64,000 nucleotides of DNA from contig CBDFJQ010000002.1 of the NCBI GenBank assembly GCA_965248575.1, forward strand, positions 4,832,001 through 4,896,000, given 5' to 3'. A program made the translations under genes and the position numbers. How positions within the stretch are numbered: position 1 is the stretch's first letter; every line of letters starts with the position of its first letter. Below the pieces are notes generated by a model, which did no database searches, was not told the DNA's origin, and was given only the letters and a program-made list of their open reading frames with translations. Positions 26,722 to 36,694 of the stretch are shown piece after piece. The stretch comes from Planctomycetota bacterium. Its GTDB lineage: Bacteria > Planctomycetota > B15-G4.

Positions 26722-27057
26722 ATGAACATGGCCGTACTCATTTCAGCCGCCAGCCTCCTGGCCCTCAGTTTCCTTGTCTTCGTCGTCATGAGGTTTCGTG
26801 ATCAGCTGGTCCGGGAAGCTCAGCGCCTCGGCTATCCTTCGCTGTCGAGCTATCTCCGGGCCGCGCCGCGCACGGATGAGGAGAAGCGCGACGCCGTCAG
26901 CCTTGCCCTGAAGGGTCTCGTGCTCTGCATGCTGGGCCTCTTCTTTCCGCCCTTCCTGCTGCTGGGCCTCCTGCCCCTGTTCTACGGTGCCCGCAAGGTG
27001 GCTTGGGCGAGCCTGGGGCTGGGTCTCGTGGATGACGCTGATCAGACGGGCGTGTGA
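26722..27057 (+). CDS. Small membrane protein (2-3 TM)
   Basis: 111 aa with hydrophobic segments; abuts ECF sigma gene. Confidence 0.7.
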   Translation: MNMAVLISAASLLALSFLVFVVMRFRDQLVREAQRLGYPSLSSYLRAAPRTDEEKRDAVSLALKGLVLCMLGLFFPPFLLLGLLPLFYGARKVAWASLGLGLVDDADQTGV

Positions 27058-27750
27058 GTGACACGGCTCACCCCCATGGAGCAGCAGCGTGAACAGGAGC
27101 CTGACCTGGCTGCGGTGCGTGCGGCGATTCTCGCCGTGCGCGGCGGGGATCGGGAAGCCTTCAGCAGGGTGGTCGAGTTGTACCAGCAACGGCTCTTCGG
27201 CTTGGCGCTGATGATGGTGCGCGAGGCCCAAGGTGCGGAAGAGGTGACGCAGGATGCCTTCGTGCGGGCCTTCAGTCGCTTGCATCTCTACGACGAAGCA
27301 CGACCGTTCTATCCCTGGCTCGCGACCATCGCCGTCAGACTCTCCCAGAACTGGCTCGGCCGCCGTGGACGCATCAACACGCGGGAGAAGGGGGGCGTCG
27401 AGGAGGTACGCGAGTCGGCCAAGACCGGCGACCCGGTGGACCTGCTCATCAGTGATGAACGGGGCCGGCAGCTCTGGAGGTCGGTGGCTGCACTCCCGTC
27501 AGGGGAGCGGACGGCAGTCGCCCTCTACTACCGCCAGGGCATGAAGGTCAACGAGGTGGCGCAAGCGCTGGGAGTGACAGCGGGCACCGTGAAGACCTTG
27601 CTCTTCAGAGCACGCAAGAAACTGCGAGGTGTCCTGGAGGAAGCTGACGATCGCAGCAGCGTTGGTGACACCCGCGCCGGACGACAACGACTACCACGGG
27701 ACCCGACCCCGGGGTCGATGACTGAGACTCCTTCGAGGCCCATTACATGA
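27058..27750 (+). CDS. ECF sigma-70 factor
   Basis: GDREAFSRVV...AEEVTQDAFVRAF...FYPWL...LPSGERTAVALYY...EVAQALGVTAGTVKTLLFRAR. Confidence 0.93.
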   Translation: MTRLTPMEQQREQEPDLAAVRAAILAVRGGDREAFSRVVELYQQRLFGLALMMVREAQGAEEVTQDAFVRAFSRLHLYDEARPFYPWLATIAVRLSQNWLGRRGRINTREKGGVEEVRESAKTGDPVDLLISDERGRQLWRSVAALPSGERTAVALYYRQGMKVNEVAQALGVTAGTVKTLLFRARKKLRGVLEEADDRSSVGDTRAGRQRLPRDPTPGSMTETPSRPIT

Positions 27751-28148
27751 TCACGCGCGACATCGACCTGATGGAACTCCCCGAGCCCGTCATGCCACGT
27801 GGATTGTCCCGGGGCATCCAGGACAGCCTCGCCGACGTTTCTGGGGCTGCTCAAGAGTCAGCGTCCGCCCCATCAGCGGCGCACGATGGGTCAGCCAGGG
27901 CTCGTACTGTCCGCTTCTTCTGGGTGCTCGCGCTGCTCGGTCTCACTCTCGCCGTGGGGGCGGAGGTCTATCGCGTCCTGGTGGGGGAATCGATGACGGA
28001 CTTCAGCGCCGTGAGATGGAGAAGTCCTTGGGAAGGCCCGTGGAGCACGACGCCTTGGGGGCCAGCTTTCAGCGTGCTGATGGCCGGATCAGCGATGGCC
28101 GGCGTGGGGCTGTACGGCCTGTGTCGGGCCATGGGGCCCAGGTCCTAG
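27747..28148 (+). CDS. Putative membrane anti-sigma factor
   Basis: ATGA overlap with sigma; 'LPEPVMPRGLSRGI' then two TM helices. Confidence 0.6.
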   Translation: MITRDIDLMELPEPVMPRGLSRGIQDSLADVSGAAQESASAPSAAHDGSARARTVRFFWVLALLGLTLAVGAEVYRVLVGESMTDFSAVRWRSPWEGPWSTTPWGPAFSVLMAGSAMAGVGLYGLCRAMGPRS

Positions 28149-28203
28149 GGCATGGAGGGCCTAGGGCTTGCCTGGCGCCTGGCAACGGCCCGTTGTTCGC
28201 CCG

Positions 28204-28746
28204 TCAGTTGAGCACCACGCGCTCCAAGGCGTCGCCCTTGATCACGATGCTGTTGTTGATCCGGGAGAGCCAGAGGGCGCGGGTCTCTGGGTCCATGCGG
28301 GCCAGCTTCTGGGCGTAGGTCACTCGATGGAGGCCGTCATTCCCGCGCAGCAGCCGAACCAGTGCGTGTTGGTCGGCGCTCGCCTGGCATCCGGCGGTAC
28401 GCCACTCGTAGGAAATGCCGTATTCGTCCTGGAGAAGGGTCGTGAAGGTGGCGCCCGGGCAGGCTGCCAGGAGCTCGGAGCGAGCCTGCACGACGGACTC
28501 CGAGAGGCTGAGCTCCGAGTTCTCGAGGAATTCGATGGTGATTCGATGGGTCCAGAAGTGGAGTTGTTGGCCGACAGGGATGAGCTGGGTGATGGCTCCC
28601 TTGCCCTCTCCACGGTCATGGGTCTGGCCAAGGGTCCATGCGGGGCCGACGCCGGGCAGCTGGACCGTCTCAAGTGGTGTTGCGCAGGCAGCAAGGGTGA
28701 GGAGGGCGGGGAGAATGCACGCCCGGGCAACGCGGGATGGCCACAT
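28204..28746 (-). CDS. Hypothetical lipoprotein
   Basis: Lipobox LAAC; soluble domain with Cys pair (ACPG...GCQ). Confidence 0.65.
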   Translation of the reverse strand: MWPSRVARACILPALLTLAACATPLETVQLPGVGPAWTLGQTHDRGEGKGAITQLIPVGQQLHFWTHRITIEFLENSELSLSESVVQARSELLAACPGATFTTLLQDEYGISYEWRTAGCQASADQHALVRLLRGNDGLHRVTYAQKLARMDPETRALWLSRINNSIVIKGDALERVVLN

Positions 28747-28823
28747 GATCTCGACAGCTCCGAATCTGAGTTGGGCAGCGCCACCCACACGGTCGACCCG
28801 CAGCCGTGACACCAGCGCGAACC

Positions 28824-30794
28824 CTACGCAGTGGCCGAGCGTTCGGCCACCGACTTCCGCAGAGCGTCGGCGATCTTGGCCAGCAGCACGTGCATCTGGG
28901 TCGGCTTCTGGATGACTCCGGCAAGGCCGGCACCCTGGAATCGATTGAGCATCTCTTGCTCAGTGAATCCGCTGCTCAGCACGACACAGACATCGCTGCG
29001 GATCTGGAGCAGCTCCGCAAAGGCCTCCGCCCCGTCGAGTCTTGGCATGTTCAGATCCAACAGGACGCAATCGATGTTGTCCGCTTCCCGACGGTAGATG
29101 TCGACGACCTCTTGCCCGTCGACGGCCTGCAGCACCCGGTAGCCAGCTTGTTCCAGCATGGCGACAAGCACTTCGCGAACGACCTGCTCATCATCGCCGA
29201 TGAGCACACACGCGCTGACTCCCTCCACTCGTTCTGATTGCGCGAGGGGGAGCTCGTCGGCCGAGAGGGTCGCGCAGGGCAGGAGCAGGCTGACCGTCGT
29301 CCCGGTGCCCGGCATGCTCTCCACCGTGATGGTGCCGCCGTGGCCACGAACGATTCCTTGAACGGCTGCGAGCCCCAGGCCTCGGCCGTTGGGCTTCGTG
29401 GAGAAGAAGGGGTCGAAGATCTTCGCCTGGGTCTCGGATGCCATCCCAGGACCGGTGTCCGTGACCCAGATGCTCACGTAATCGCCCCCCTCAAGGGGGT
29501 AATTGGGGTGGCTCAGTTCCAGCTCTTCGGCCGTGTACTGGGTCATCTTCGTGCCGAGGACGATGCTGCCTTCGTTCGTGCCGATGGCGTCGGCTGCGTT
29601 GGTGATCAGGTTCATCACCACTTGGCGCAGCTGGCTGCGGTCGGCGAGGACGCCCAGAGGGCTCGGGTGCAACAGGTAGTCCAGTGAGACCTTCTTGGAC
29701 ATGGCGACCTTGAGCAGGTCGCCCAGTTCTCTGACGAGGGCGTTGCAGTCCAGAAGTTCAGCGGACGTCGCTCCCCGTCCAGCGTAGGCCAGCATCTGAT
29801 TGCAGAGGTCGGTCGCCGAGAGGCTTGCCGTGACGATCCTCTTCAAGTTCAAGCTGGCATCTGAACCCTCGGGCAGCCTGATCATCGCGAGCTCTGCGTT
29901 GCCCATGATGGCTGCCAGGAGGTTGTTGAAGTCGTGCGCCACACCTCCGGCGAGCACTCCAACGGCTTCCATCTTGGTGGCCTGGCGTAGCTGGAGCTCC
30001 AGGCGATCTCGTTCGATGGCGAGACCCACCATGCGGGCGGCGATTTCCAGCACGTCGAGTTGATGCTGACTCGGCGAGTTGGGCTTGCGGTCGTAGAGCG
30101 CTATGGCTCCCAAGACATCGCCACCGGTGCTGGCGGTGATGGGGAAGGACCAGCAGGCGGCGACGCCAGCGATGTTTGCCGCCTCGCGCAGGTTCTGCCA
30201 AAGGGGGTCCGTGAAGATGTCCTCGACGACGACCGGGACACCCCAATACGCGGCCGTACCGCACGAGCCCACGGTTGGTCCGATGCGCAAGCCTTCGACG
30301 GAATGGTTGTACTGATCCGGAAGGCTTGGGCCGGCACCAACGGTCACATGGGTGCGTTCATCGTTCACGAGCAAGATCGAGCAGCGCAGCCCGTCGGTCT
30401 TTGCCTCGATGATGTGCACCATGGCTTCAAGAGTTTGCGTCAAGGTGGCGCGCATGGGAGCCATGCCCGCCTGCATCGGGTTGGGCGAGGGCAGCGGGTC
30501 CTTGTGTGGCACGCCCAACGCCACGACCTGATGGTCGTGGGTCCTGACACGCCACTCCAGGCTGATCCACTCGCCCTTGTGGGTTTGGTGCCGGGCTTGG
30601 GTTCGACCTTCGCCGAATTCCAACTTCTGCTGGAGCTGTTCTCTGTCATCCGGATGGATGCAGTCGAGCAGGGGTATGGGGGCGAGCGCCTCGCTGGTCA
30701 GTCCGAAGGCCTCGGTGAAAGCGGAGTTGACGCGCGAGACGGAGTTTGGCTCCAGGGAGCGCAGAATCATCGGTTGGTTCGAACGAGTGATCAT
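28824..30794 (-). CDS. Hybrid sensor histidine kinase (PAS-GAF-HisKA-HATPase-REC)
   Basis: IHPDDR (PAS); GSCGTAAY (GAF); AGGVAHDFNNLL; NLITNA, DTGPGM, FFSTK, GRGLGL; receiver LLDLNMP...KP. Confidence 0.93.
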   Translation of the reverse strand: MITRSNQPMILRSLEPNSVSRVNSAFTEAFGLTSEALAPIPLLDCIHPDDREQLQQKLEFGEGRTQARHQTHKGEWISLEWRVRTHDHQVVALGVPHKDPLPSPNPMQAGMAPMRATLTQTLEAMVHIIEAKTDGLRCSILLVNDERTHVTVGAGPSLPDQYNHSVEGLRIGPTVGSCGTAAYWGVPVVVEDIFTDPLWQNLREAANIAGVAACWSFPITASTGGDVLGAIALYDRKPNSPSQHQLDVLEIAARMVGLAIERDRLELQLRQATKMEAVGVLAGGVAHDFNNLLAAIMGNAELAMIRLPEGSDASLNLKRIVTASLSATDLCNQMLAYAGRGATSAELLDCNALVRELGDLLKVAMSKKVSLDYLLHPSPLGVLADRSQLRQVVMNLITNAADAIGTNEGSIVLGTKMTQYTAEELELSHPNYPLEGGDYVSIWVTDTGPGMASETQAKIFDPFFSTKPNGRGLGLAAVQGIVRGHGGTITVESMPGTGTTVSLLLPCATLSADELPLAQSERVEGVSACVLIGDDEQVVREVLVAMLEQAGYRVLQAVDGQEVVDIYRREADNIDCVLLDLNMPRLDGAEAFAELLQIRSDVCVVLSSGFTEQEMLNRFQGAGLAGVIQKPTQMHVLLAKIADALRKSVAERSATA

Positions 30795-30849
30795 CCCGGC
30801 ATTCTCACGCCGCCCTGCCCGTCTCGCAAGCGGGCGGTCGAGAAGCGGA

Positions 30850-31230
30850 TCACTGACCCAAGGAAAGCACGAACTCCGCCAATCGACGGCGTGTTTCCAG
30901 TCCCAACTGGTCGTAGGCGGGCATGTCCTCACCGCTCAGGCGGTCAATATCGGCCGCCATGGCCACAGGGTCTAGGAGGTACTGGCTCAGCGAATCGACG
31001 GTCCAGCTGGACAGATGGGGCAGCAAGTCAGGGCCAGGGCGCCAGAACGAACTCGAGCCGTCCGCGCCGTGGCAGAGCGCGCAACGCTGGGTTTCGTAGA
31101 GCAGTGCCCCCGACTGTTCGTGGACCTCCATCTCCGTCGCGGGGCCCGAACAGGCCTGGGCAAACACGAGCGCGAGAGTTGTCAGCAGCAAGCAGGTTCG
31201 TGAGAGCGGGCGATTCTGGGGCGTCGACAT
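30850..31230 (-). CDS. Monoheme c-type cytochrome lipoprotein
   Basis: Lipobox AQAC; CALCH; GPDL; distal MP. Confidence 0.8.
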   Translation of the reverse strand: MSTPQNRPLSRTCLLLTTLALVFAQACSGPATEMEVHEQSGALLYETQRCALCHGADGSSSFWRPGPDLLPHLSSWTVDSLSQYLLDPVAMAADIDRLSGEDMPAYDQLGLETRRRLAEFVLSLGQ

Positions 31231-31321
31231 GGCTGCAAGGCTGCGAAGTGGGCGCGGAGCGGTCAAGGGAGCTGCAAGGGCAGTCCTCCAAGGGCAATCC
31301 AGGGAGGGGTACGATCTGAGG

Positions 31322-32209
31322 ATGCCCGCACTCTCGCTGGTGGTTCTTCTCGGTCCCTACCGGAATCTCACGACCCTGACGGCGTCGACGCTCGCGTTGC
31401 ATCCCGAGGTGGTCAGCTTCAACCATGGCTACTTGCGCCTCTGCGAGTCGGGGTTGGACTTCTGGAATCGCGTGGACGACACCGAAGATGTCCTGGCCCG
31501 ATTCACGGACTGGGCGCTTCAGAACTTCACCAAGGGGGAGCGCGGTCCGCTGGGCGGGAACATCACGCTGTCCCACGCCTTCGATTCCGAGCACGGCGAA
31601 CTCTCCCGCCACAGGCAACGAGCGTTGGAGACGTCAGCTGATGAGGTGCGGGTCTTGGTGCTCAAGGAGAGCGGGCGCATCACCCGTGATCTGCGTGATG
31701 GTGGGTTCGACAACCTGCGCGGTATAGAAGCCCTGTTGGAGCGCTGGGGCAACCGCCTCAAGTTCGTTCGGCCGATTCGACATCCGTTCAAATGTGTCCA
31801 GTCGAATTTGCGATCCTCCCACCCGCATCACACCGACTTCGTGCGGCGCGGAGGGACGCGCACTGCCGTGGATGCGGCGAAGTTCCTGGAGTGGTGTGTT
31901 CGCGACCTGGCATGGTTCCTGGCACTGGAGGATCGCTTTCCAAAGCACTTCTTCCACTTTGGAGAACACCGCATGGCGGTCGATGAACTGCTGGCTTTTC
32001 TGGGCCTTTCTGCCGACACCGGCGATCTTGAGCTGATGGCGAGGGTCTTCCGGGCCTCGCCCAGCGAACGCTCCAGGGTGGTGGAGGGCGAACTCTCGCT
32101 GGGGGACTGGATGTCGCGGCACCCCGCGGGCGAGCCACCCAGCGCCCATGAGCTGGCTGCCGTTCAGGCCATGCGGGAAGTGATCGACGGAGGTGCCCTT
32201 TGCCCCTGA
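31322..32209 (+). CDS. Sulfotransferase-like P-loop protein
   Basis: LLGPYRNLTTLTASTLALHPEV resembles 5'-PSB G-x-x-R-S-G-T-T...L-x-x-HP; IRHPFKCVQS resembles 3'-PB. Confidence 0.55.
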   Translation: MPALSLVVLLGPYRNLTTLTASTLALHPEVVSFNHGYLRLCESGLDFWNRVDDTEDVLARFTDWALQNFTKGERGPLGGNITLSHAFDSEHGELSRHRQRALETSADEVRVLVLKESGRITRDLRDGGFDNLRGIEALLERWGNRLKFVRPIRHPFKCVQSNLRSSHPHHTDFVRRGGTRTAVDAAKFLEWCVRDLAWFLALEDRFPKHFFHFGEHRMAVDELLAFLGLSADTGDLELMARVFRASPSERSRVVEGELSLGDWMSRHPAGEPPSAHELAAVQAMREVIDGGALCP

Positions 32210-34836
32210 TGGAAGGCCTCTCCAGGGACCGACCCCGACGGGCCGACGGAAGGGGGGTCGTCGCGCTGCTTCTGCTGCTTGGGTCCTGGCTGCCGCTCGA
32301 ATCCCTGAATGCGCAGGGCGTTTCGAGCACGCGGAGCGCCTTGCCCGCGACGTCAACGCTCGTGCAGCTGGATCTCGCGCACGACACCGCGCGACAGGTC
32401 CTGGTCGACCGCGAGCAGGGTGTGTACCTGGGGCACCCCACCACGGTTCTCCTGGAAGATGGTCGCACCATGCTTTGCGTGTATCCGCGCGGGCACGGCA
32501 AGGGGCCGATCCTCATGAAGCGCAGCACGGATGGCGGGCGCACTTGGAGCGAGCGCCTGCCAACGCCCGACAACTGGGCCACGAGCCAGGAGACTCCGAC
32601 GATCCACCGGGTCACGGACCCCGAGGGGGTTAAGCGCCTGATCGTGTGGTCGGGGCTGTATCCCGCGCGGCTCAGTGTGTCCGAGGATGACGGCGAGCAT
32701 TGGTCGCCCCTCGCGCCCGTGGGCGACTGGGGCGGCATCGTGGTCATGGGCTCCGTCGTGGAAACGGGTGTGGGGGAGTATCGGGCCTACTTCCACGACG
32801 ACGGGCGCTTCCTGACCGAGGACGGATCGGCCGGCGCCTTCCATGTCTATGGCGTGCGTTCCGTCGATGGTGGCCTGAACTGGAGTACACCGGAGATCGT
32901 GGCGCAGCACCCGACGGCACACCTCTGTGAGCCGGGAGTCGTTCGCTCGCCCGATGGCAAGCGGCTCGCGATGCTGCTGCGTGAGAACTCTCGGCAGTAC
33001 AACAGTTTCATCGTGTTCTCCGAGGACCAAGGCGCGACTTGGAGCGAGCCGCGGGAGCTTCCTGCTTCCCTGACTGGGGATCGTCATGTGGGGCGCTACG
33101 CTCCAGATGGGCGGCTCGTCTTGTCGTTCCGAGACACAGGACGGGAGAGCCCCACGCAAGGGGACTGGGTCGCCTGGGTCGGGCGCTTCGAGGACCTCGA
33201 GCAAGGGCTCGAGGGGGAGTACCGCGTGCGACTGATGGACAACAAGCACCGTTGGGACTGCGCGTATCCGGGAGTCGAGGTCTTGCCGGACGGCACGTTC
33301 GTGGCGACGACCTACGGTCACTGGACCGAGGGGCAGCAACCTTATGTCGTGAGCGTGCGGTTCCAGCTTGAGGAGCTCGATGCCCTGCTGGCTGCCGAGG
33401 CCGACGACGCTGCGGTGGAAGAGCAGGCCCAGCTGAGCAAGCCCAACATCCTGCTGCTTCTCGCCGACGATCAGGGTTGGGCAGACCTGGGCAGCATGGG
33501 GTTGGCCGACGATGTGCACACGCCTGCGCTCGACCGCCTGGCAGAACGGAGCGTGAGTTTCCGGCAGGCGTACGCGACGTCTCCCATCTGCAATCCCGCG
33601 CGGGCTGGGATCATGACCGGCTCCTACACCCAGCGCTTTGGCACGCGCTGGTACGGCGGCCGTGGCTTGCACGATGAGCGCTTCCAGACCGTGGCCGAAC
33701 TCCTGACGTCAGCGGGTTATGCCACGGGCTACGTGGGCAAGTTCCACTATGGGGCCTACGACCAGCATGTTCCTGGCAACCGCAACTTCCCTTTGGAACA
33801 CGGCTTCGAGTCCTTCTATGGCAGCGGGTTCGGACGGACCCACTACCTGCTGCACAACACAGCTGCCGAGCAGGCATTCCAGGCCTCCAAGAAACTTCAC
33901 CAGCGCACAGGTCAGAGTTTGCGCATGGGGCCGCTGTGGGAGGGCGACTCCCAGGTGGACCAGGTGGGTTTCAGCACGGAGCTGTTCGGCGAGCGGGCGC
34001 GAGCTTACTTGGATGAGCACGTGGCCCAAGCTGGTGGCCAGCCGTTCTTCCTGATGCTGTCGTTCAACGCAGTCCACAACTTCACGCACCAGCTTCCGGA
34101 GGCCTACCTCGCAGAGAAGGGCCTGGAAGCTGGCCACGATTGGGACCCCGCACAAGAGGAGTACATCGACTGGTACCGACGGGGCCGGGCTCCCAACAAC
34201 CCCGAAGGCCGCGCCCATTACCTCGGGCAACTTCACTACCTCGACTTGGAGGTCGGTCGGGTGCTGGAGCACCTGGACGACCTGGGCCTGACGGACGAGA
34301 CGCTCGTGCTGTACCTGGGAGACAACGGCGGGTCGCGACCCATCTATGCCGACAACGGTCCCCTCCGGGGAGGCAAGTACACGCTCTACGAAGGGGGTGT
34401 GCGTGTGCCGTTCATGATGTCGTGGCCTGGGCAATGGCCCGCCGGTGTGGTCAAGGACGACATGATCAGCGCCATGGATCTGCTACCGACCCTCTGCTCG
34501 GTCGCCCAGATCGCCGTGCCTGCCCATGTGGACGGATTGGACCTTGGCCCGCTGCTCGCGGGTGCGCCCGACGCGCCTCGACACGACATCTTGTTCTGGG
34601 ATACGGGCCATGAGTCGGCCGTGCGGCGCGGCAACTGGAAGCTGCATGTCGCGCTGCGGGACGACCATGCCCGCTACGAGATGACGGAGCTTGAACTCGG
34701 CACGCACCTGTACGACCTTGCAGCCGATCCGGGTGAACAGAATGACCTGTCAGCCGAGCACCCCGAGTTGGTGAGGGAGCTGCAAGCCGCGTGGGATACG
34801 TGGCACGACGCGGTTCAGGGCGAAGGGGCGCGTTAG
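32209..34836 (+). CDS. Secreted sialidase-like (Asp-box/BNR) domain fused to an FGly-type sulfatase
   Basis: Four Asp boxes (SxDxGxxW), CEP, DCAYP; then KPNILLLLADD, CNPARAGIMTG, GKFH, GDNG, GKYTLYEGGVRVP; TGATG overlap with upstream gene. Confidence 0.9.
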   Translation: MEGLSRDRPRRADGRGVVALLLLLGSWLPLESLNAQGVSSTRSALPATSTLVQLDLAHDTARQVLVDREQGVYLGHPTTVLLEDGRTMLCVYPRGHGKGPILMKRSTDGGRTWSERLPTPDNWATSQETPTIHRVTDPEGVKRLIVWSGLYPARLSVSEDDGEHWSPLAPVGDWGGIVVMGSVVETGVGEYRAYFHDDGRFLTEDGSAGAFHVYGVRSVDGGLNWSTPEIVAQHPTAHLCEPGVVRSPDGKRLAMLLRENSRQYNSFIVFSEDQGATWSEPRELPASLTGDRHVGRYAPDGRLVLSFRDTGRESPTQGDWVAWVGRFEDLEQGLEGEYRVRLMDNKHRWDCAYPGVEVLPDGTFVATTYGHWTEGQQPYVVSVRFQLEELDALLAAEADDAAVEEQAQLSKPNILLLLADDQGWADLGSMGLADDVHTPALDRLAERSVSFRQAYATSPICNPARAGIMTGSYTQRFGTRWYGGRGLHDERFQTVAELLTSAGYATGYVGKFHYGAYDQHVPGNRNFPLEHGFESFYGSGFGRTHYLLHNTAAEQAFQASKKLHQRTGQSLRMGPLWEGDSQVDQVGFSTELFGERARAYLDEHVAQAGGQPFFLMLSFNAVHNFTHQLPEAYLAEKGLEAGHDWDPAQEEYIDWYRRGRAPNNPEGRAHYLGQLHYLDLEVGRVLEHLDDLGLTDETLVLYLGDNGGSRPIYADNGPLRGGKYTLYEGGVRVPFMMSWPGQWPAGVVKDDMISAMDLLPTLCSVAQIAVPAHVDGLDLGPLLAGAPDAPRHDILFWDTGHESAVRRGNWKLHVALRDDHARYEMTELELGTHLYDLAADPGEQNDLSAEHPELVRELQAAWDTWHDAVQGEGAR

Positions 34837-34875
34837 GATCAGCTGCTCCCCCGCAAGCACAGGAACGCGGTTTGC

Positions 34876-35448
34876 CTAGCCGTCGATAGGCAGGCGGCGA
34901 AGGACCGACTGGACACCGCTCTGGATGCGCTGTTGCCGGATCTTCTTGGGTTGAGTGGGGTCCGCGATGAGCTGCACGGCCCCTCGCCACAGTGCTTGAG
35001 GGGAGCCCGGTCGGCGAAGCTCCACGATGAGTGTGCCCTTGCCGTAGCGGGTGTTTGCGCCGGCCAAGCCGGGGTTCAAACCGAAGGTGCTGGCGATGGA
35101 AGCATCGCTCAGTTCACGATCCGTGGTGACGAGGAAGCCGAGCTCAGCGCCCACGGCGCCTGACCCTCCGAGTCGCCAGCCCCGCTCGTCCATGCCACGG
35201 ATCAGAGCCTGCTTGAGCTCCTGCTCGATCCAGCGGGCGTCCTCCTGCATCGAGGTCAGCAACGCCTTGGATCCGGGCATCCAGGCCCAGCGGCCCTTGG
35301 GGCCCAAGGGAGCGCCCGGTCCACGGGTGCTCACCACGGAAGCCGTGCGTAACTCGGGCGGCAGGTCATTGAGGTTCGTGGCGGAACAACCCACGACGCT
35401 CAGGAGCATCAGGCTGGCGAGGACGATGGTCCGTGTTGGGCTGATCAC
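34876..35448 (-). CDS. DUF4136-like lipoprotein
   Basis: Lipobox VVGC; YGKGTLIVEL...LWRG...IQSGVQSVLRRLP; GTG start with GGAG. Confidence 0.7.
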   Translation of the reverse strand: MISPTRTIVLASLMLLSVVGCSATNLNDLPPELRTASVVSTRGPGAPLGPKGRWAWMPGSKALLTSMQEDARWIEQELKQALIRGMDERGWRLGGSGAVGAELGFLVTTDRELSDASIASTFGLNPGLAGANTRYGKGTLIVELRRPGSPQALWRGAVQLIADPTQPKKIRQQRIQSGVQSVLRRLPIDG

Positions 35449-35565
35449 TTGGACAACTCTCCGGCCGGGGCAAGCCGTCGAGTGAAGTGACGGCAGATCC
35501 ACGGGAGTATCCACGAACGGAAGCCCGGGTTGTAGCCGGGAGGACCTCGTCTTTCAGCTGCAGGC

Positions 35566-36432
35566 CTAGCGGCCAAGGCTCTTGAGGATGTCCCGGGCGT
35601 TCTGGTTCTGGGGTTCGAGCGCCAAGGACTTCTCGTAGTACTTCTTCGCCAGTTCCTTGTCGCCCTTCTTCAGGTGACCCTCGGCCAAGCTGTCCCAGAC
35701 GTTTCCGGAGTCGGGGAAGTGCTCGGTGTTCAGGAGGAAGGCCTTGATGGCGGCTTCCGTCTCGCCGTTCCCGAGCAGTTGGTAGCCCAGGGAATTCAGG
35801 CTTGCTTCGTCCCCGAAGTCATAGGCTCCGCGCCCGAAGTACTCGGTCCGTAGCTGAGCGTAGTGGTCGACCGCTGCCGCACCGCCGTCCGAGCTGTAGG
35901 TCTCAAGCAGCTCCTCGTCCAAGGTCATGGGGCGTGGGCGGCCGCGATGACAGGTGTGACACCACATGTTGACCGGCAGGGAACCGCTGGGTTCGAGCTT
36001 GCGCAGGTGGTCACCGACGGTGCCGAGCATGCGCAGCATCTCGCGTGCCCGATCCTTGTTCGGGTTCGCATCCGAGGCAAAGTCGTAGGTGTTCAGGGGC
36101 GCCTCTTCTTCGCCCACGTGGCAGTACGAGCAGCGCACGCCAAGCGCCCGGGTGAATCCGGTCATGGGCGCCATGAGTCGGGCGCCGGGCCATTCCTTTG
36201 GCAGCACTTGGAGGTTCTCGGCTTTCTCGGGCCACGTCCAATGGGCCTCTTGGGTTGAGGGTTCCGGTGCGGCAGGTTGGGGCATGACGGTCGCCGGTGC
36301 CGCGGCGATTGCCGTTGATGCGACCGCTTGAACGGGCGCTCTCGATGCGGGCGGCGACTCTCCCCAGGGGAGGGTGGGGATCAGCACCGCGAGGGCGACC
36401 AAGTGACCAAAACCGAAGCTCTTGCGTGACAT
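35566..36432 (-). CDS. Diheme c-type cytochrome (RC-cytochrome-like family) with C-terminal TPR
   Basis: ENLQVLP...ALGVRCSYCHV...FASD...AREMLRM...CHTCHRG; LNSLGYQLL...NVWDSLAE...KSLALEP; SD GGAGG. Confidence 0.85.
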   Translation of the reverse strand: MSRKSFGFGHLVALAVLIPTLPWGESPPASRAPVQAVASTAIAAAPATVMPQPAAPEPSTQEAHWTWPEKAENLQVLPKEWPGARLMAPMTGFTRALGVRCSYCHVGEEEAPLNTYDFASDANPNKDRAREMLRMLGTVGDHLRKLEPSGSLPVNMWCHTCHRGRPRPMTLDEELLETYSSDGGAAAVDHYAQLRTEYFGRGAYDFGDEASLNSLGYQLLGNGETEAAIKAFLLNTEHFPDSGNVWDSLAEGHLKKGDKELAKKYYEKSLALEPQNQNARDILKSLGR

Positions 36433-36694
36433 GGCACCTCCAAGTGGATCGGGAGCCAGTAGCGCCCGGTGTCGAAAACCCTTCACAGAAAGACGGATCC
36501 CTGGAGCCTAGGAACGCAGGGCAGGGCAGGGTCGGATGGCAAAACCCATGGCGTATGGACGTCGTCCCCAGGGGGAGGGCGCCTAGGCATGGCCGGGCTC
36601 GGCGGATACGGTCGGGGCGTTCGCTGTCGTGCTTTGGGCTGGGACATGTGCCGCCGGAGCGAACCGGGATCTTCGTCCTCCAGGGAACGCTGCC

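Noticed and set aside
35566..36432. RC-cytochrome-like protein as evidence of phototrophy
   Set aside because: Only two CxxCH motifs plus a TPR; no puf/bch genes nearby; this family occurs in non-phototrophs
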